A stretch of DNA of 60,481 nt, the filler included. It is 6 parts of 6 records of this genome, joined end to end, with 100 filler letters (N's around TTAATTAATTAA, not from the genome) between each part and the next. Parts side by side here need not be neighbours in the genome. Positions count along the whole stretch, not along the records: positions 7,032 to 14,732 come from DRR723986_7077; positions 14,833 to 28,479 come from DRR723986_7078; 4 more parts are not named here. One strand, given 5' to 3'. Positions 9,388 to 20,108 of this stretch are shown here, one piece after another. Position numbers and translations under genes: made by a program. Each line of letters opens with the position of its first letter. The first letter of the stretch is position 1. Below the pieces are notes generated by a model. The model was not told the DNA's origin, ran no database searches, and saw nothing but the letters and a program-made list of their open reading frames with translations.

Positions 9388-11781
9388 ATGGCGAAACCAG
9401 TATCAGTCTGGGGATTAGAAATTGGCCAGAGCGCTCTCAAGGGACTTCGCTGTCGTGTCGACGGTGACCAAGTCGTCGCAGAGGCGTTCGACTATATCGA
9501 ATACCCCAAAATTCTTAGTCAGCCGGACTCAGATCCTGAAACTTTTGTTCGTGAGGCACTTGAGACGTTCCGCAACCGGAACGATCTGAAGCAATGCAAG
9601 GTCGCTTTGAGCGTCCCGGGACAAAGCGGTCTGGCCAAATTCTTCAAGCCACCGCCGGTTGAGCTGAAGAAGATTCGCGACATTGTAAAGTACGAAGCGC
9701 GGCAACAGATCCCCTTCGAATTGGAAGACGTCATCTGGGATTACCAGTTGATGGCTGGCGGCGATATCTCTGACGGATTTGCGCTGGAGAGCGAAGTCGG
9801 TTTATTCGCGATGAAACGCGACGCCGTGGAACGCGCTTTAACGCCATTAACAACTGCTGACATCGAAATCGATCTACTGCAGTTGGCTCCGCTCAGTATC
9901 TATAACAGCGTCACCTACGATAAGAATCTCGCCGAAGACGAATCGGCATTTAACCCTGAGCATCCTCCGAAATCGACCATTGTCTTAGCGATGGGTACGG
10001 ACGCGACGGATCTGATTGTTACCAACGGATACCGAGTTTGGCAGCGTAGCATGCCGCTCGGCGGTAACCACTTCACGCGTCAATTGACGAAAGATCTAAA
10101 ACTTACCTATGCCAAAGCGGAGCACCTGAAGCGCAACGCTATGGAAGCGGATGACCCGAAGTTGGTTTTCCAAGCCATGCGGCCAGTGTTCAATGACCTT
10201 GTCACTGAGATTCAACGGTCGATGGGCTTCTTCAGCAGCCTGAACAAGAATGCTGAAATTGAATCTCTTCTTCTGATGGGTAATTCCGTCAAACTCCCTG
10301 GTCTGACTCAATACTTGAGTAAGAACTTGGCCATGGACGTAGAAGTCGTTGACGGCTTCGCACGCCTATCTGGTGCAAGCGATGTTCTTGGCGCTCCAGC
10401 GTTCAAGGATCATGTTGCGTCCTTTGTGCCGGTTTACGGCCTCTGCCTGCAAGGGCTTGGTTTAGGGCCTTTGCAAACCAACCTTGTGCCACAGGAAGTC
10501 GTGAAAGAGCGACTCATCCGTAGCAAGAAACCTTGGGCCGTCGCTGCTGCTGGTTTATTGATGACCGGATTCGCTGCTAGCTTGATTCCGCAAGGCAACA
10601 ATTACGCTTACGTGCACCCAAGCAAATGGAACTCCGCTGCCAGTGCCGCTGAGCAGACGAAGAGCAGAAGCGATTCGGAGATTAGCGAGGACGAGAAGCA
10701 GAAGAACCAGATTGAAATCCTTAAGACGATCGGCAACGAAGTCAGTGGTGGTGGGGAACGTCGAGTCGTTTGGATGGAAGTAGTTGCCGCCCTGCTGGAG
10801 AGTGTTGGTCGTCAAGATAACTTTGATGCCGCGTCACTTCCCGATCCACTTGAGGTGCCGTATAGCGAGCGGACCGACATCCATATCACAAAAATGGATT
10901 GTAAGCGTGTTGAAGATTTAACAAGTTATTTGAACAAGACCAACCGTTCTTACGAAGACGACAAGAAGGTACGCCTGGATTTACTTGGTCTACTCGAGCT
11001 TCCAGAGGTTGATGAAAACGGTGAGCCAGTTGCGGCTGAAGAAGTAGAGCCAGATCCGCTGGCGATTCTGACCCCGGCCGAAGGCGAGGAAGTTGAAGAG
11101 CCGGATAACTCCGGGGTTGTGATTCAGATCGACGCTTTTCATTACCACAATGGGGAACAGTACGCGGCCACCAACGACGAACGCGAAGAGTTTGTGATCA
11201 AGACTTGGCTTCACGAGCTTGAAACAGGAAGCGTTAAGCTTCCGGACCCCTCGACCGGAGAAATGGTCGAATTCACCTACCAAGAACTTGGTCTCCTACG
11301 GCCTTTGATTCGACCGGGAACATACGATCCCGATCACAAGATTGCCAATCCAGAATGGGTTAAGAAATACGGCAAGCCAGCGAGTGCTGGCGGCATGGGC
11401 GGACCCGGCATGGGTGGGCCTGGCATGGGAATGGGGCCCGGTATGGGCGGCCCTGGCATGGGCGAAGGCGATGGTGGCTACGGCGAAGGCGACGGTGGCT
11501 ATGGAGGTGGCTACGGCGGAGGCGGATATGGCGGCGGTGGCTACGGCGGTGCTGGTAGTACGGGTGCTGGCAATCCAGAAGACGACGAAGACCTTCCAAA
11601 GTCCTTCGATGCTCCCAAGTTTGAATTCAAGCTTCAAATAGTGTGGCGTCCAAAGCTGTTTTCGAAACGTATCGAAGCCAAGAAACGAGCTGCAGAAGCT
11701 GCCGCTGCAGAAGCTGCACTCGAGCCAGACTTGGCGTCTGACGAAACCTTAGAAGACGACACGACCGAGAATGGCTCTTAA
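9388..11781 (+). CDS. pilM: Type IV pilus assembly protein PilM, extended (TM segment, PilN-like periplasmic part and Gly-rich tract)
   Basis: WGLEIGQSALK, YEARQQIPF, GGNHFT and TEIQRS actin-like PilM motifs, then TNLVP and a TM helix like the PilN N-terminus. Confidence 0.85.
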   Translation: MAKPVSVWGLEIGQSALKGLRCRVDGDQVVAEAFDYIEYPKILSQPDSDPETFVREALETFRNRNDLKQCKVALSVPGQSGLAKFFKPPPVELKKIRDIVKYEARQQIPFELEDVIWDYQLMAGGDISDGFALESEVGLFAMKRDAVERALTPLTTADIEIDLLQLAPLSIYNSVTYDKNLAEDESAFNPEHPPKSTIVLAMGTDATDLIVTNGYRVWQRSMPLGGNHFTRQLTKDLKLTYAKAEHLKRNAMEADDPKLVFQAMRPVFNDLVTEIQRSMGFFSSLNKNAEIESLLLMGNSVKLPGLTQYLSKNLAMDVEVVDGFARLSGASDVLGAPAFKDHVASFVPVYGLCLQGLGLGPLQTNLVPQEVVKERLIRSKKPWAVAAAGLLMTGFAASLIPQGNNYAYVHPSKWNSAASAAEQTKSRSDSEISEDEKQKNQIEILKTIGNEVSGGGERRVVWMEVVAALLESVGRQDNFDAASLPDPLEVPYSERTDIHITKMDCKRVEDLTSYLNKTNRSYEDDKKVRLDLLGLLELPEVDENGEPVAAEEVEPDPLAILTPAEGEEVEEPDNSGVVIQIDAFHYHNGEQYAATNDEREEFVIKTWLHELETGSVKLPDPSTGEMVEFTYQELGLLRPLIRPGTYDPDHKIANPEWVKKYGKPASAGGMGGPGMGGPGMGMGPGMGGPGMGEGDGGYGEGDGGYGGGYGGGGYGGGGYGGAGSTGAGNPEDDEDLPKSFDAPKFEFKLQIVWRPKLFSKRIEAKKRAAEAAAAEAALEPDLASDETLEDDTTENGS

Positions 11782-11919
11782 CGTCCTGCTGTGGCGGCTC
11801 TCAGCGACAACTTAACGTTCTGTGTCGAGGTGAATTCCGTGGATCTTTCTCGACGCCAGCACCTGCAAATACACGATTAAATTTTCACCTGCCGTCCTGG
11901 CGGCAAAGGTTGCAAGCTC

Positions 11920-13779
11920 ATGGATCAGCTAAAGCAAATTATCGGACAGATGGTCAAGCATCAGTTTTGGATCATCACTGGTCTCGCGGTCGTTTTAGGC
12001 TGTGCTGGCTTCTTTGTCGCGAGGCAATCGTTGGCCAGTCTCTTTAAGAAGGAATCGACAAGGCTGGATGGTCTTTTCGGTGATCTTGATAAAGTGCAGT
12101 CAGCCGTTGCGACTCATCCGAACAGTCACTCGCAAGAGAAGATGAAGGTTGTTATCGACGGGCTGTATGATGACGTCGAATCTGCTTGGAGACTGCAGTA
12201 CGAGCAGCAAGAGCGATTTATGAAGTGGCCTGTGAAGGAAATCAAGAGTCCGCGATTGGTCAACAAGATCAAAGATATCATGCCGATCGAGACCGAGTTG
12301 GAGCACCCGGCCGAGCCAGCCGGCATTACTCCTGCCGACAAACGCAATTATGCGCGATACTTCACTGGACAGATGGAGCGTCTTGCAAAGATTATCGGCG
12401 TGACATGGGTTGGCGAGGCATCTGCGGCTGGCGGAGGAGGCATGGCCGGTTATGGTGGCAGTGGCTACGGCGGCGCTGGGGGTGAGGGTGAAGGTTACGG
12501 CGGCGGAATGGATGGTGGTTATGGCGGCGGAATGGATGGAGGATATGGTGGCAGCATGGGCGGCGCCGCACCGGCTGTGACGCGTGGGCCACGCGACACG
12601 GTAATTTGGCCCGAAGCAAGTCAGAGTGAATTGCTCAGTCAACTAAAAGAGTTCTCCGGCGAGTCGCCTTCGGTTTATCAAATCTACTACACTCAGGAGA
12701 ACATGTGGATTCTTGAGGGATTGCTGAACATCATTAAGTCGACTAATGGCGATGCTACCGAGAATTTTCAATGCGTGATCAAAGAGATTGAATTCATCAA
12801 TATCGGCCGCTCGGCAAGCGCAGATGCTGGCCAGGTTGATGGCCTGGCAGGAACCCCCGGTTCCGGCGGGGATATGTACGGGGGCGGCTATGGTGGCGAC
12901 ATGTATGGCGGCGGCGACATGTACGGCGGCGGTGACGGGCTCGGCGGAGAAGGTGAAGACTATGGAGGCGAAGGCGAAGACGCTGGCTACGGCGGAGGCT
13001 ATGGTGGAGGTGGGCCAGGGGGCACTGGTGGCGCTGCATCGGGGGGCAGTCGTGATCCGGCAAACGGACGCTACGTAGATTCGAACTACAAGCCGGTTTC
13101 TGGGGATGATCTTCGTTCGAAAATGAAGAGCGGGGACCCGGCAGATGCATTCTTTGCTGTTGCGAAGCGCATCCCAGTGCGTATGCGATTCAAGATTGAC
13201 CAGCGGAAAATCCAGACCTTCCAAGCCAACTGTGGAAATGCAGATTTGATGTTTGAGATTCGACAGATCCGAGTTGGTGATACCGCCGCGGCTGGCTCAG
13301 CCGCAGGAGGTTTGGGGGGCTACGGTGGCGGCGGTGGTGCTCCAGCGGGGCTGGGCGCCGGAATGGGCGGTAGCGGAGGCATGGAAGATCCCGGTATGGG
13401 CGAAGGGGATGCTGCAGGCTACGGAGGCGGTTACGGTGGCGGCGGAGCGGCAGCAGTGAGCCTAGCTGACAGTTTTGACACGACCTTGGAAGTCTATGGA
13501 ATCGTTTATCTATTCAATCCTCCAAACATGGCAGGACTGGGCCTCGAAAAAGTTGAAGAGGATACAGAACTTGTAGATACAGTGGAGGATACTGGAGCGG
13601 CAGATGCGGTTCCGACTCCTGCAGGCGACACGAGTGCTACTTCTGAAGTTGGACAGGAGAATGATCCAGCAGAAACAGATCCGGTGAACCCAGCTGCAGA
13701 TGAAGAAGACATTCCAGATGCAAACGGTGGTGAAGCCGCTTTAGGCAACGAAGTCGAGGTTCCTGGCAGCGTCCCTTAG
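11920..13779 (+). CDS. Membrane-anchored Gly-rich protein of pilM operon (PilO-like position)
   Basis: N-terminal TM helix, three GGYG/GGM tracts, acidic C-terminal tail; second gene of the operon. Confidence 0.7.
   Translation: MDQLKQIIGQMVKHQFWIITGLAVVLGCAGFFVARQSLASLFKKESTRLDGLFGDLDKVQSAVATHPNSHSQEKMKVVIDGLYDDVESAWRLQYEQQERFMKWPVKEIKSPRLVNKIKDIMPIETELEHPAEPAGITPADKRNYARYFTGQMERLAKIIGVTWVGEASAAGGGGMAGYGGSGYGGAGGEGEGYGGGMDGGYGGGMDGGYGGSMGGAAPAVTRGPRDTVIWPEASQSELLSQLKEFSGESPSVYQIYYTQENMWILEGLLNIIKSTNGDATENFQCVIKEIEFINIGRSASADAGQVDGLAGTPGSGGDMYGGGYGGDMYGGGDMYGGGDGLGGEGEDYGGEGEDAGYGGGYGGGGPGGTGGAASGGSRDPANGRYVDSNYKPVSGDDLRSKMKSGDPADAFFAVAKRIPVRMRFKIDQRKIQTFQANCGNADLMFEIRQIRVGDTAAAGSAAGGLGGYGGGGGAPAGLGAGMGGSGGMEDPGMGEGDAAGYGGGYGGGGAAAVSLADSFDTTLEVYGIVYLFNPPNMAGLGLEKVEEDTELVDTVEDTGAADAVPTPAGDTSATSEVGQENDPAETDPVNPAADEEDIPDANGGEAALGNEVEVPGSVP
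12490..12560 (+). repeat. Degenerate 24-bp coding tandem repeat (GYGGGMDG)
   Basis: ggttacggcggcggaatggatggt / ggttatggcggcggaatggatgga / ggatatggtggcagcatg. Confidence 0.7.
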
Positions 13780-13901
13780 CGTTCTTTTACGCTCAGGACT
13801 CATCACATTGCGGGCCTACCCAGGCCAACTAAACCAATCTGTGTTTGGGGAACTGACTCAAACACCAATGCACGGATGACCGTTCCACAGGGGAGCAAAG
13901 A

Positions 13902-14732
13902 ATGTTTGGAAAAAAGAAAAAAGAAGCGCCTACGGAAACTCCTGACAATGGGGGCGGAAAGCCTGCCAAAAACGCAGGTAAATCTAAGAAGGTTAAGTCA
14001 GCTAAGAGCGGGCCAGGATTCTTCGCAGCTCATGTTGAGAAGATCATCTTTGCCCTTGTAGTTGCTGGTGCTGGCTACGTGATTTGGGATGGCATTAACC
14101 AGAAGCCATATCCCACTTCCAAGAGCCCCGAAGTGATGAGCGAAAAGTCCACGCGGCTCGCGAGCGAAGTTGCGAAAGATCACTGGCCTGAGATCGCTGA
14201 CGAGCCTGAGCGAAACGTGGTCCATGAATTTGCTGCGAAAACTAGAGAGTCGCGGAAGCCAACAGATCCAAAGGCTTATGCGGAAGACAAGTTCGTAATG
14301 TCACTCTTGCCAACCGGTCCAGCAGAAAAACGTCAGGATCCAAAGGTGCTACCGCCTGAGAAGATTCATGTCGTCGGAGTTGCCGGAGCTCTTGCAGTTG
14401 AAGTTCCCAAAGACAGTATCGACCCTTTCGATAGCTGGGAAGATGCTGAAAAAATTGAAGGCCGTCGTCGTAGCAGACGCGGTCGAGGCGGCGCAGAGGG
14501 TGCCGGCGGAGGCGGATACGGTGGAGGCTACGGCGATGCTGGTGATGGCATGGGAATGGGCATGGGAATGGGGCCTGGTGGAGCCGGCGGCGAATCAGAG
14601 GCACCCGCAAGAACGCTTAGCTCCAAGTATGACCTAGGCGCCCCTGTTTTTGCAAACGGAAGCCAACCGGCTGGTGGAATGTATGGTGGTGGAGATGAGG
14701 GCATGGGGCCCGGGATGGGTATGGGGCCCGGG
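13902..14732 (+). CDS. Membrane-anchored Gly/Met-rich protein of pilM operon, 3'-truncated
   Basis: Lys-rich N-terminus, TM (HVEKIIFALVVAGAGYVIW), GGYG and GMGMG tracts; runs into the spacer. Confidence 0.7.
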
Positions 14733-14832
14733 NNNNNNNNNNNNNNNNNNNNNNNNNNNNNNNNNNNNNNNNNNNNTTAATTAATTAANNNNNNNNNNNN
14801 NNNNNNNNNNNNNNNNNNNNNNNNNNNNNNNN
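14733..14832. other. Artificial contig spacer
   Basis: N44-TTAATTAATTAA-N44. Confidence 0.98.
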
Positions 14833-14833
14833 C

Positions 14834-16795
14834 AATGCCGCCTATTTCCTGCAAGAACAGGAAATGACGCGGTACGATGCGGTGAATTTCATCGCGCATG
14901 GCGTTGCCAAAGATCCCGCTTTTGGGGAAAACCGCCCAGTAACCGGGGCGACCGAAGGCGAAGAAGAGCCACAGCCGACTGTTGAGCCGGATAAAAACGA
15001 AAGCGCGCTTGCCAAATATTGTGTGGATTTGAACGCCAAGTCCCGCGAAGGCGATATCGACCCCCTGATCGGGCGTGATCAAGAAGTCGAGCGTTGCATT
15101 CAAGTTCTGTGCCGCCGGCGCAAAAACAACCCTTTGCTGGTTGGCGATCCCGGTGTTGGTAAAACAGCAATCGCAGAAGGTCTGGCCCGCAAAATCGTTA
15201 ACGGCAAGACCCCAGAGATCTTAGCCAATGCCACGATCTATTCGCTTGATATGGGCGCGCTGTTGGCTGGCACCCGCTACCGTGGGGATTTCGAAGAGCG
15301 GCTTAAGGCTGTTGTCACTGAGCTGGAAGATCATCCAGATGCGGTTCTGTTCATTGATGAAATCCACACAGTTATCGGCGCTGGTGCCACATCTGGCGGT
15401 GCTATGGACGCATCAAACCTGCTGAAACCTGCGCTGCAGGGTGGCAAGTTGCGCACCATGGGATCGACAACATACAAAGAGTTCCGTCAGCACTTTGAGA
15501 AAGACCGGGCGCTGAGCCGTCGTTTCCAGAAAATCGACGTCAGTGAGCCGTCGGTAGAAGACAGCATCAAGATTTTGCGCGGTCTGAAGCCGTATTTCGA
15601 AGAGCACCACGATATCAAGTATACCGCTGATGCGATCAAATCGGCAGTAGAATTGGCGGCACGTTATATCAATGACCGAAAGCTGCCGGACAAGGCAATT
15701 GATGTCATTGACGAAGCAGGTGCAGCCCAACATCTGGTTTCGGAAAGCAAACGCCGCAAAACCATTGGGGTGAAAGAGATCGAAGCTGTCGTGGCCAAGA
15801 TCGCGCGCATTCCGCCCAAGAATGTCACCAAAGATGATGCCGAAGTTCTGAAAGATCTCGAAAACTCTCTGAAGCGTGTAGTGTTTGGTCAAAATGATGC
15901 AATCGACGCTTTGTCGAGCGCGATCAAACTGGCGCGTGCTGGACTGCGTGAACCAGAAAAGCCCATCGGGAACTATCTGTTCGCAGGTCCAACCGGGGTT
16001 GGTAAAACCGAGGTTGCCAAACAGCTGGCGGATACGCTGGGCGTTGAACTGCTGCGGTTTGACATGTCCGAGTACATGGAAAAACACGCTGTCAGCCGTT
16101 TGATCGGTGCCCCGCCCGGCTATGTCGGGTTTGATCAGGGCGGTTTGTTGACGGATGGCGTTGATCAACATCCCCACTGTGTGTTGCTGTTGGATGAGAT
16201 GGAAAAAGCCCATCCTGATGTCTACAATATCTTATTGCAGGTGATGGATAACGGGCAGCTGACGGATCACAATGGGCGGACCGTGAATTTCCGCAATGTG
16301 GTGTTGATCATGACATCCAACGCGGGTGCCTCGGAGCAGGCCAAATCTGCGATTGGATTTGGTCGGGATCGGCGCGAAGGCGAAGATACCGCTGCAATTG
16401 AACGCACATTCTCGCCTGAGTTCCGCAACCGTCTGGATGCTGTGATTTCATTTGCACCACTGCCAAAAGAAGTCATCCTGCAAGTTGTTGAAAAGTTTGT
16501 TCTTCAACTCGAAGCACAGCTGATGGACCGTCACGTTTCGATCGAACTGACACGCCCAGCAGCAGAATGGTTGGCCGACAAAGGGTATGACGACCGTATG
16601 GGGGCCCGTCCTTTGGGGCGCGTCATTCAGGAATACATCAAAAAGCCATTGGCCGAGGAACTCTTGTTCGGCAAATTGGCCAAAGGTGGTGTTGTCAAAG
16701 TCAGCCTGAAGGACGGAAAGTTGGACCTGAAAATCGACGGTCCAGATCAGCAGCGCATCTCGGGCGACAAACCGCCCCTGCTCACAGCTGAATAA
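14834..16795 (+). CDS. clpA: ATP-dependent Clp protease ATP-binding subunit ClpA, 5'-truncated
   Basis: [23 protein letters not shown]. Two AAA+ modules ([16 protein letters not shown]), [19 protein letters not shown], and no ClpB middle domain. Confidence 0.96.
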   Translation, partial: NAAYFLQEQEMTRYDAVNFIAHGVAKDPAFGENRPVTGATEGEEEPQPTVEPDKNESALAKYCVDLNAKSREGDIDPLIGRDQEVERCIQVLCRRRKNNPLLVGDPGVGKTAIAEGLARKIVNGKTPEILANATIYSLDMGALLAGTRYRGDFEERLKAVVTELEDHPDAVLFIDEIHTVIGAGATSGGAMDASNLLKPALQGGKLRTMGSTTYKEFRQHFEKDRALSRRFQKIDVSEPSVEDSIKILRGLKPYFEEHHDIKYTADAIKSAVELAARYINDRKLPDKAIDVIDEAGAAQHLVSESKRRKTIGVKEIEAVVAKIARIPPKNVTKDDAEVLKDLENSLKRVVFGQNDAIDALSSAIKLARAGLREPEKPIGNYLFAGPTGVGKTEVAKQLADTLGVELLRFDMSEYMEKHAVSRLIGAPPGYVGFDQGGLLTDGVDQHPHCVLLLDEMEKAHPDVYNILLQVMDNGQLTDHNGRTVNFRNVVLIMTSNAGASEQAKSAIGFGRDRREGEDTAAIERTFSPEFRNRLDAVISFAPLPKEVILQVVEKFVLQLEAQLMDRHVSIELTRPAAEWLADKGYDDRMGARPLGRVIQEYIKKPLAEELLFGKLAKGGVVKVSLKDGKLDLKIDGPDQQRISGDKPPLLTAE

Positions 16796-17754
16796 TGCGA
16801 GCGGCCTTAACGGCTCTCTTTGCACTCGTCGCAGGATCTGCGGCGAGTGCGCCTGTTTTGAGCCTCCCGATTGACTGCGAACTTGGTGTGAATTGCCATA
16901 TCCAGCAATACCCGGACAGAGACCCCGGTCCCGAATTTCGAGACTTTCGATGTGGCCAATTGGCCTATGACGGGCACAAGGGAACAGATTTCTCCCTCCC
17001 GACGCTAGAAGCGATGCAAGAGGGCGTGAATGTCCTTGCTGCAGCACCCGGAGTTGTGCGTGGTTCGCGCGATAGCATGCCCGACAAGTATTACACAAAA
17101 GAACATGCCGAGGACGTCAGTGGGCGCGAATGTGGCAATGGCGTTGTCGTGCGTCATGCGGATGGATGGGAAACGCAGTATTGCCACATGAAACTGGGCT
17201 CGATCCGTGTCCAGAAAGGCAACCGCGTCAAGCAGGGCACCGTCTTGGGCGAAGTTGGGTTAAGCGGTAAGACTCAATTCCCCCACCTGCATTTGTCTGT
17301 GCGGCAGAATGGTCAGGTGGTTGACCCATTTGACACCAGTGATACCGCGCAATGCGGCCAAGCAGGGGACAGTCTGTGGCTCTCAGACCTGCCATATGTG
17401 CCCGGCGCGCTGATAGATGTTGGGTTCAGCCCTTCCCTCCCCAAATACACGGAAATTCAGGCGGGGACGGCCAAAAGGCCAACCTTATCGGCAGAGTCAG
17501 GGGCGCTTGTTCTGTATGGCTTTGCCTATGGCGGGCTAAAGGGTGATATTTTGCGGCTCTCGATTTCTGGGCCCAAGGGGTTTTCACTGTCCCATGATGC
17601 TGAACTGGAAAAGAACCGCGCCCGTTTTTTTAGAGCTTATGGCAAGCGCCTTAAGCAAGCCGCCTGGCCCAAAGGCACCTATCGGGGCACCGTTCAAATG
17701 ATACGGGATGGCTTGACGCTCAGTGAACGATCCACAGATTTGGCTATTGAATAG
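16795..17754 (+). CDS. M23 family metallopeptidase
   Basis: Signal peptide; HKGTD, YCHM and PHLH zinc motifs. Confidence 0.92.
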   Translation: MRAALTALFALVAGSAASAPVLSLPIDCELGVNCHIQQYPDRDPGPEFRDFRCGQLAYDGHKGTDFSLPTLEAMQEGVNVLAAAPGVVRGSRDSMPDKYYTKEHAEDVSGRECGNGVVVRHADGWETQYCHMKLGSIRVQKGNRVKQGTVLGEVGLSGKTQFPHLHLSVRQNGQVVDPFDTSDTAQCGQAGDSLWLSDLPYVPGALIDVGFSPSLPKYTEIQAGTAKRPTLSAESGALVLYGFAYGGLKGDILRLSISGPKGFSLSHDAELEKNRARFFRAYGKRLKQAAWPKGTYRGTVQMIRDGLTLSERSTDLAIE

Positions 17755-17762
17755 CGCGGCTG

Positions 17763-20105
17763 CTATTTCTCAGTCAGCTTCAATTCAATTCGGCGGTTCT
17801 GGGCACGGGCTTGGGCGGTATCGGCGGTGTTGATCGGCTGGAATTCTCCAAAGCCGTTTGCGGACAACCGGCTCGGGGAGATGCCCAAATCAGACACCAT
17901 ATAGCGCACCACCGATAGCGCGCGCGCCTGGCTCAGCTCCCAATTGTCAGCAAACTGCCCGGTGCCGGACAGCGGAACATTATCTGTATGCCCGTCCACG
18001 CGGATCACCCAGTTGATTTCAGGGGGAATGTCCCGCGCAATTGTTCGCAAAATAAGTGCAATCTTTCCCATCTCGACTTCGCCAAGAACAGAGAGTTCAG
18101 CACCGCCCGGAGGGAAGAGTACTTCGGAGGAGAATACAAACCGGTCCCCTTCGATACGGACCCCTTCTTGTGTTCCAAGAACATCCCGTAGGCGTCCGAA
18201 AAATTCTGACCGATAGCGTTCCAGATCTTTTGTTTGCGCAGCCAGCGCCTTGGCTTCTGCTTCCAAAGCGAGCGCCTCAGCCTCTAACCGCTTGCGCTCT
18301 GCCTCTTCCAACAACCGCCTCCGGCGCTCTTCTGATGCGGCCCGTGCAAGGGCTGCGTTCAGGTTTTGACCAAGGTTTTGCAGTTGAACCTGCGCCGCCG
18401 TATCGCGGGCTTTGAAATCATCCAACAGGGCTTGCAGCCCCCCCAACTGCGTCCGCAAGGCTGCAACTTGCTGGTTCAGCAAGGCTCTTTGTTTCTGGGC
18501 CTCAGTGGAAACTGCTTTTTCATCGGCCAGTTCCGCGCGTGCCTGCGCCAGCAAGGCTGCCCTCTCTTCAGCCAATGATCGCTGCGTTTCGACGGATGCG
18601 CCCGCCTCTTTTTGGCCAGCGATTGCCGCCAGCAGCCGACGCTGCAACACGTCCCGATCCGAGGAGGCGGCCTGTGCCTGCTCTAACGATTTTAAGGCGG
18701 CAAGCAATTGCGCCTCGACCGAGGCCTGATCCTGCGAGGATGTTTCGATGGTAGAGCGCAGGCTTTCCAATTCGCGCGTGACACGCCCCAACTGTACACG
18801 CACCTGATCCGTTTCGGACTGGGCTTGCGCCAACTGCTCTTGCCATCCCTGTCGCGCCTCAAGCGCGCGTGTTTCATCCTCGGCAATCTGCGCCTCGAGC
18901 GTACGCCGAACTGCCGCCTGGTCGCTTTGCAGCTTGGCCAATCGGTCTTGGTATTGGGATTCGGTCTGAACGTTTGACGACTGTAGCCCTGCGATTTCTG
19001 CCTCGAACTCTGCGCGAGCCTGCGCGGCTTGTGTCCGTGCTGTGGTCAACCGTTCAAGCAAATCCGCTTGTGTCGTTGCACTGTCTGCGCGTACCCGCTC
19101 CAATTCAGCCTCTAATGCATTCACCCGGCTGGCGCTGTCCGATTGCGTGACCTCCATCTGCGCCAGAACCCGCGTCAGACGCTCGGCCAGCTCATCCCGA
19201 TCACGCGCTTGCGCTTTGGCGGCTTCGATCTGATCCAACGCTTGGGCCAATGCCGTATCAAGCGCTGCCTTGGCCTGCTCGGCGGCGGCCAGCAAAATCA
19301 ATGTCTCTTCGGCGTCCTTGCGCTGCGCCTCGAGCGACAGGGTCATCGCGGTCAATTCAGCATCTGCATCTGCTAATTTGTCTCGCAAAGCCTGCGCCGC
19401 CGCAGCCTCGACCAGCCGAGCAGCCTCTTCTTCGTTCAGTTGCGTTTGCAACGACTGCGTCAATTCAGATTGCTCATTGCCCTGCTGTTCAAGGTCCGCC
19501 ACCATCGCCTCGAGCGCTTCGCGACGGGCAGCCGCAAGACGCGCTGCTTCGACCTGCGCATCTATTTCTGAACGCGATTGTGCTAAGGCAAGGTTCAGGG
19601 CTTCCTGCTCGGACAATAAGTCATCTTTTTGCGCCCGTAGATCTGCGCGTTGTTGCTCTAACGCACTAATATCCCCCAACGCCCGTTCTTGGTCAGCAAG
19701 CAAGGTCGCTACTTGTGCTTCGAACGCTGTGATCCGTGTGTTTGCAGCTTGGATTTCAGTGCGTTGCGCATCCCGTTCCGCTGTCAGATCCGAAATGATG
19801 GATCGTGCTTGATCCAAATCCCCCTGCGCCTGATTGAGGGTCGAATTCAACGCCCCCAAACGCGCCTGCAACTGGTTGGCTTCCCGCTCTTCCAGCCCTA
19901 GCGCAATCGCCAATGCCTCAACCTCGCCGGCCAAAACATCTAGTTCAACCTCTTGCCCAGAGATCGTTTCACGCAGAACGAACTGCACGACCATAAAAAT
20001 GGTCAAAACAAATGTCAGGACCATCAACAGCCCTGTCATCGCGTCAACAAAACCAGGCCAGACAGAGCCCTGAAATCGCTGACCAGTGCGGCGGGACAGG
20101 GCCAT
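17763..20105 (-). CDS. MotB/OmpA-family peptidoglycan-binding protein with long coiled coil
   Basis: WPGFVDAMT TM with conserved Asp, roughly 550 aa coiled coil, and C-terminal GHTD...NWELSQARA...NRRIE OmpA-like domain. Confidence 0.92.
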   Translation of the reverse strand: MALSRRTGQRFQGSVWPGFVDAMTGLLMVLTFVLTIFMVVQFVLRETISGQEVELDVLAGEVEALAIALGLEEREANQLQARLGALNSTLNQAQGDLDQARSIISDLTAERDAQRTEIQAANTRITAFEAQVATLLADQERALGDISALEQQRADLRAQKDDLLSEQEALNLALAQSRSEIDAQVEAARLAAARREALEAMVADLEQQGNEQSELTQSLQTQLNEEEAARLVEAAAAQALRDKLADADAELTAMTLSLEAQRKDAEETLILLAAAEQAKAALDTALAQALDQIEAAKAQARDRDELAERLTRVLAQMEVTQSDSASRVNALEAELERVRADSATTQADLLERLTTARTQAAQARAEFEAEIAGLQSSNVQTESQYQDRLAKLQSDQAAVRRTLEAQIAEDETRALEARQGWQEQLAQAQSETDQVRVQLGRVTRELESLRSTIETSSQDQASVEAQLLAALKSLEQAQAASSDRDVLQRRLLAAIAGQKEAGASVETQRSLAEERAALLAQARAELADEKAVSTEAQKQRALLNQQVAALRTQLGGLQALLDDFKARDTAAQVQLQNLGQNLNAALARAASEERRRRLLEEAERKRLEAEALALEAEAKALAAQTKDLERYRSEFFGRLRDVLGTQEGVRIEGDRFVFSSEVLFPPGGAELSVLGEVEMGKIALILRTIARDIPPEINWVIRVDGHTDNVPLSGTGQFADNWELSQARALSVVRYMVSDLGISPSRLSANGFGEFQPINTADTAQARAQNRRIELKLTEK

Positions 20106-20108
20106 CGC

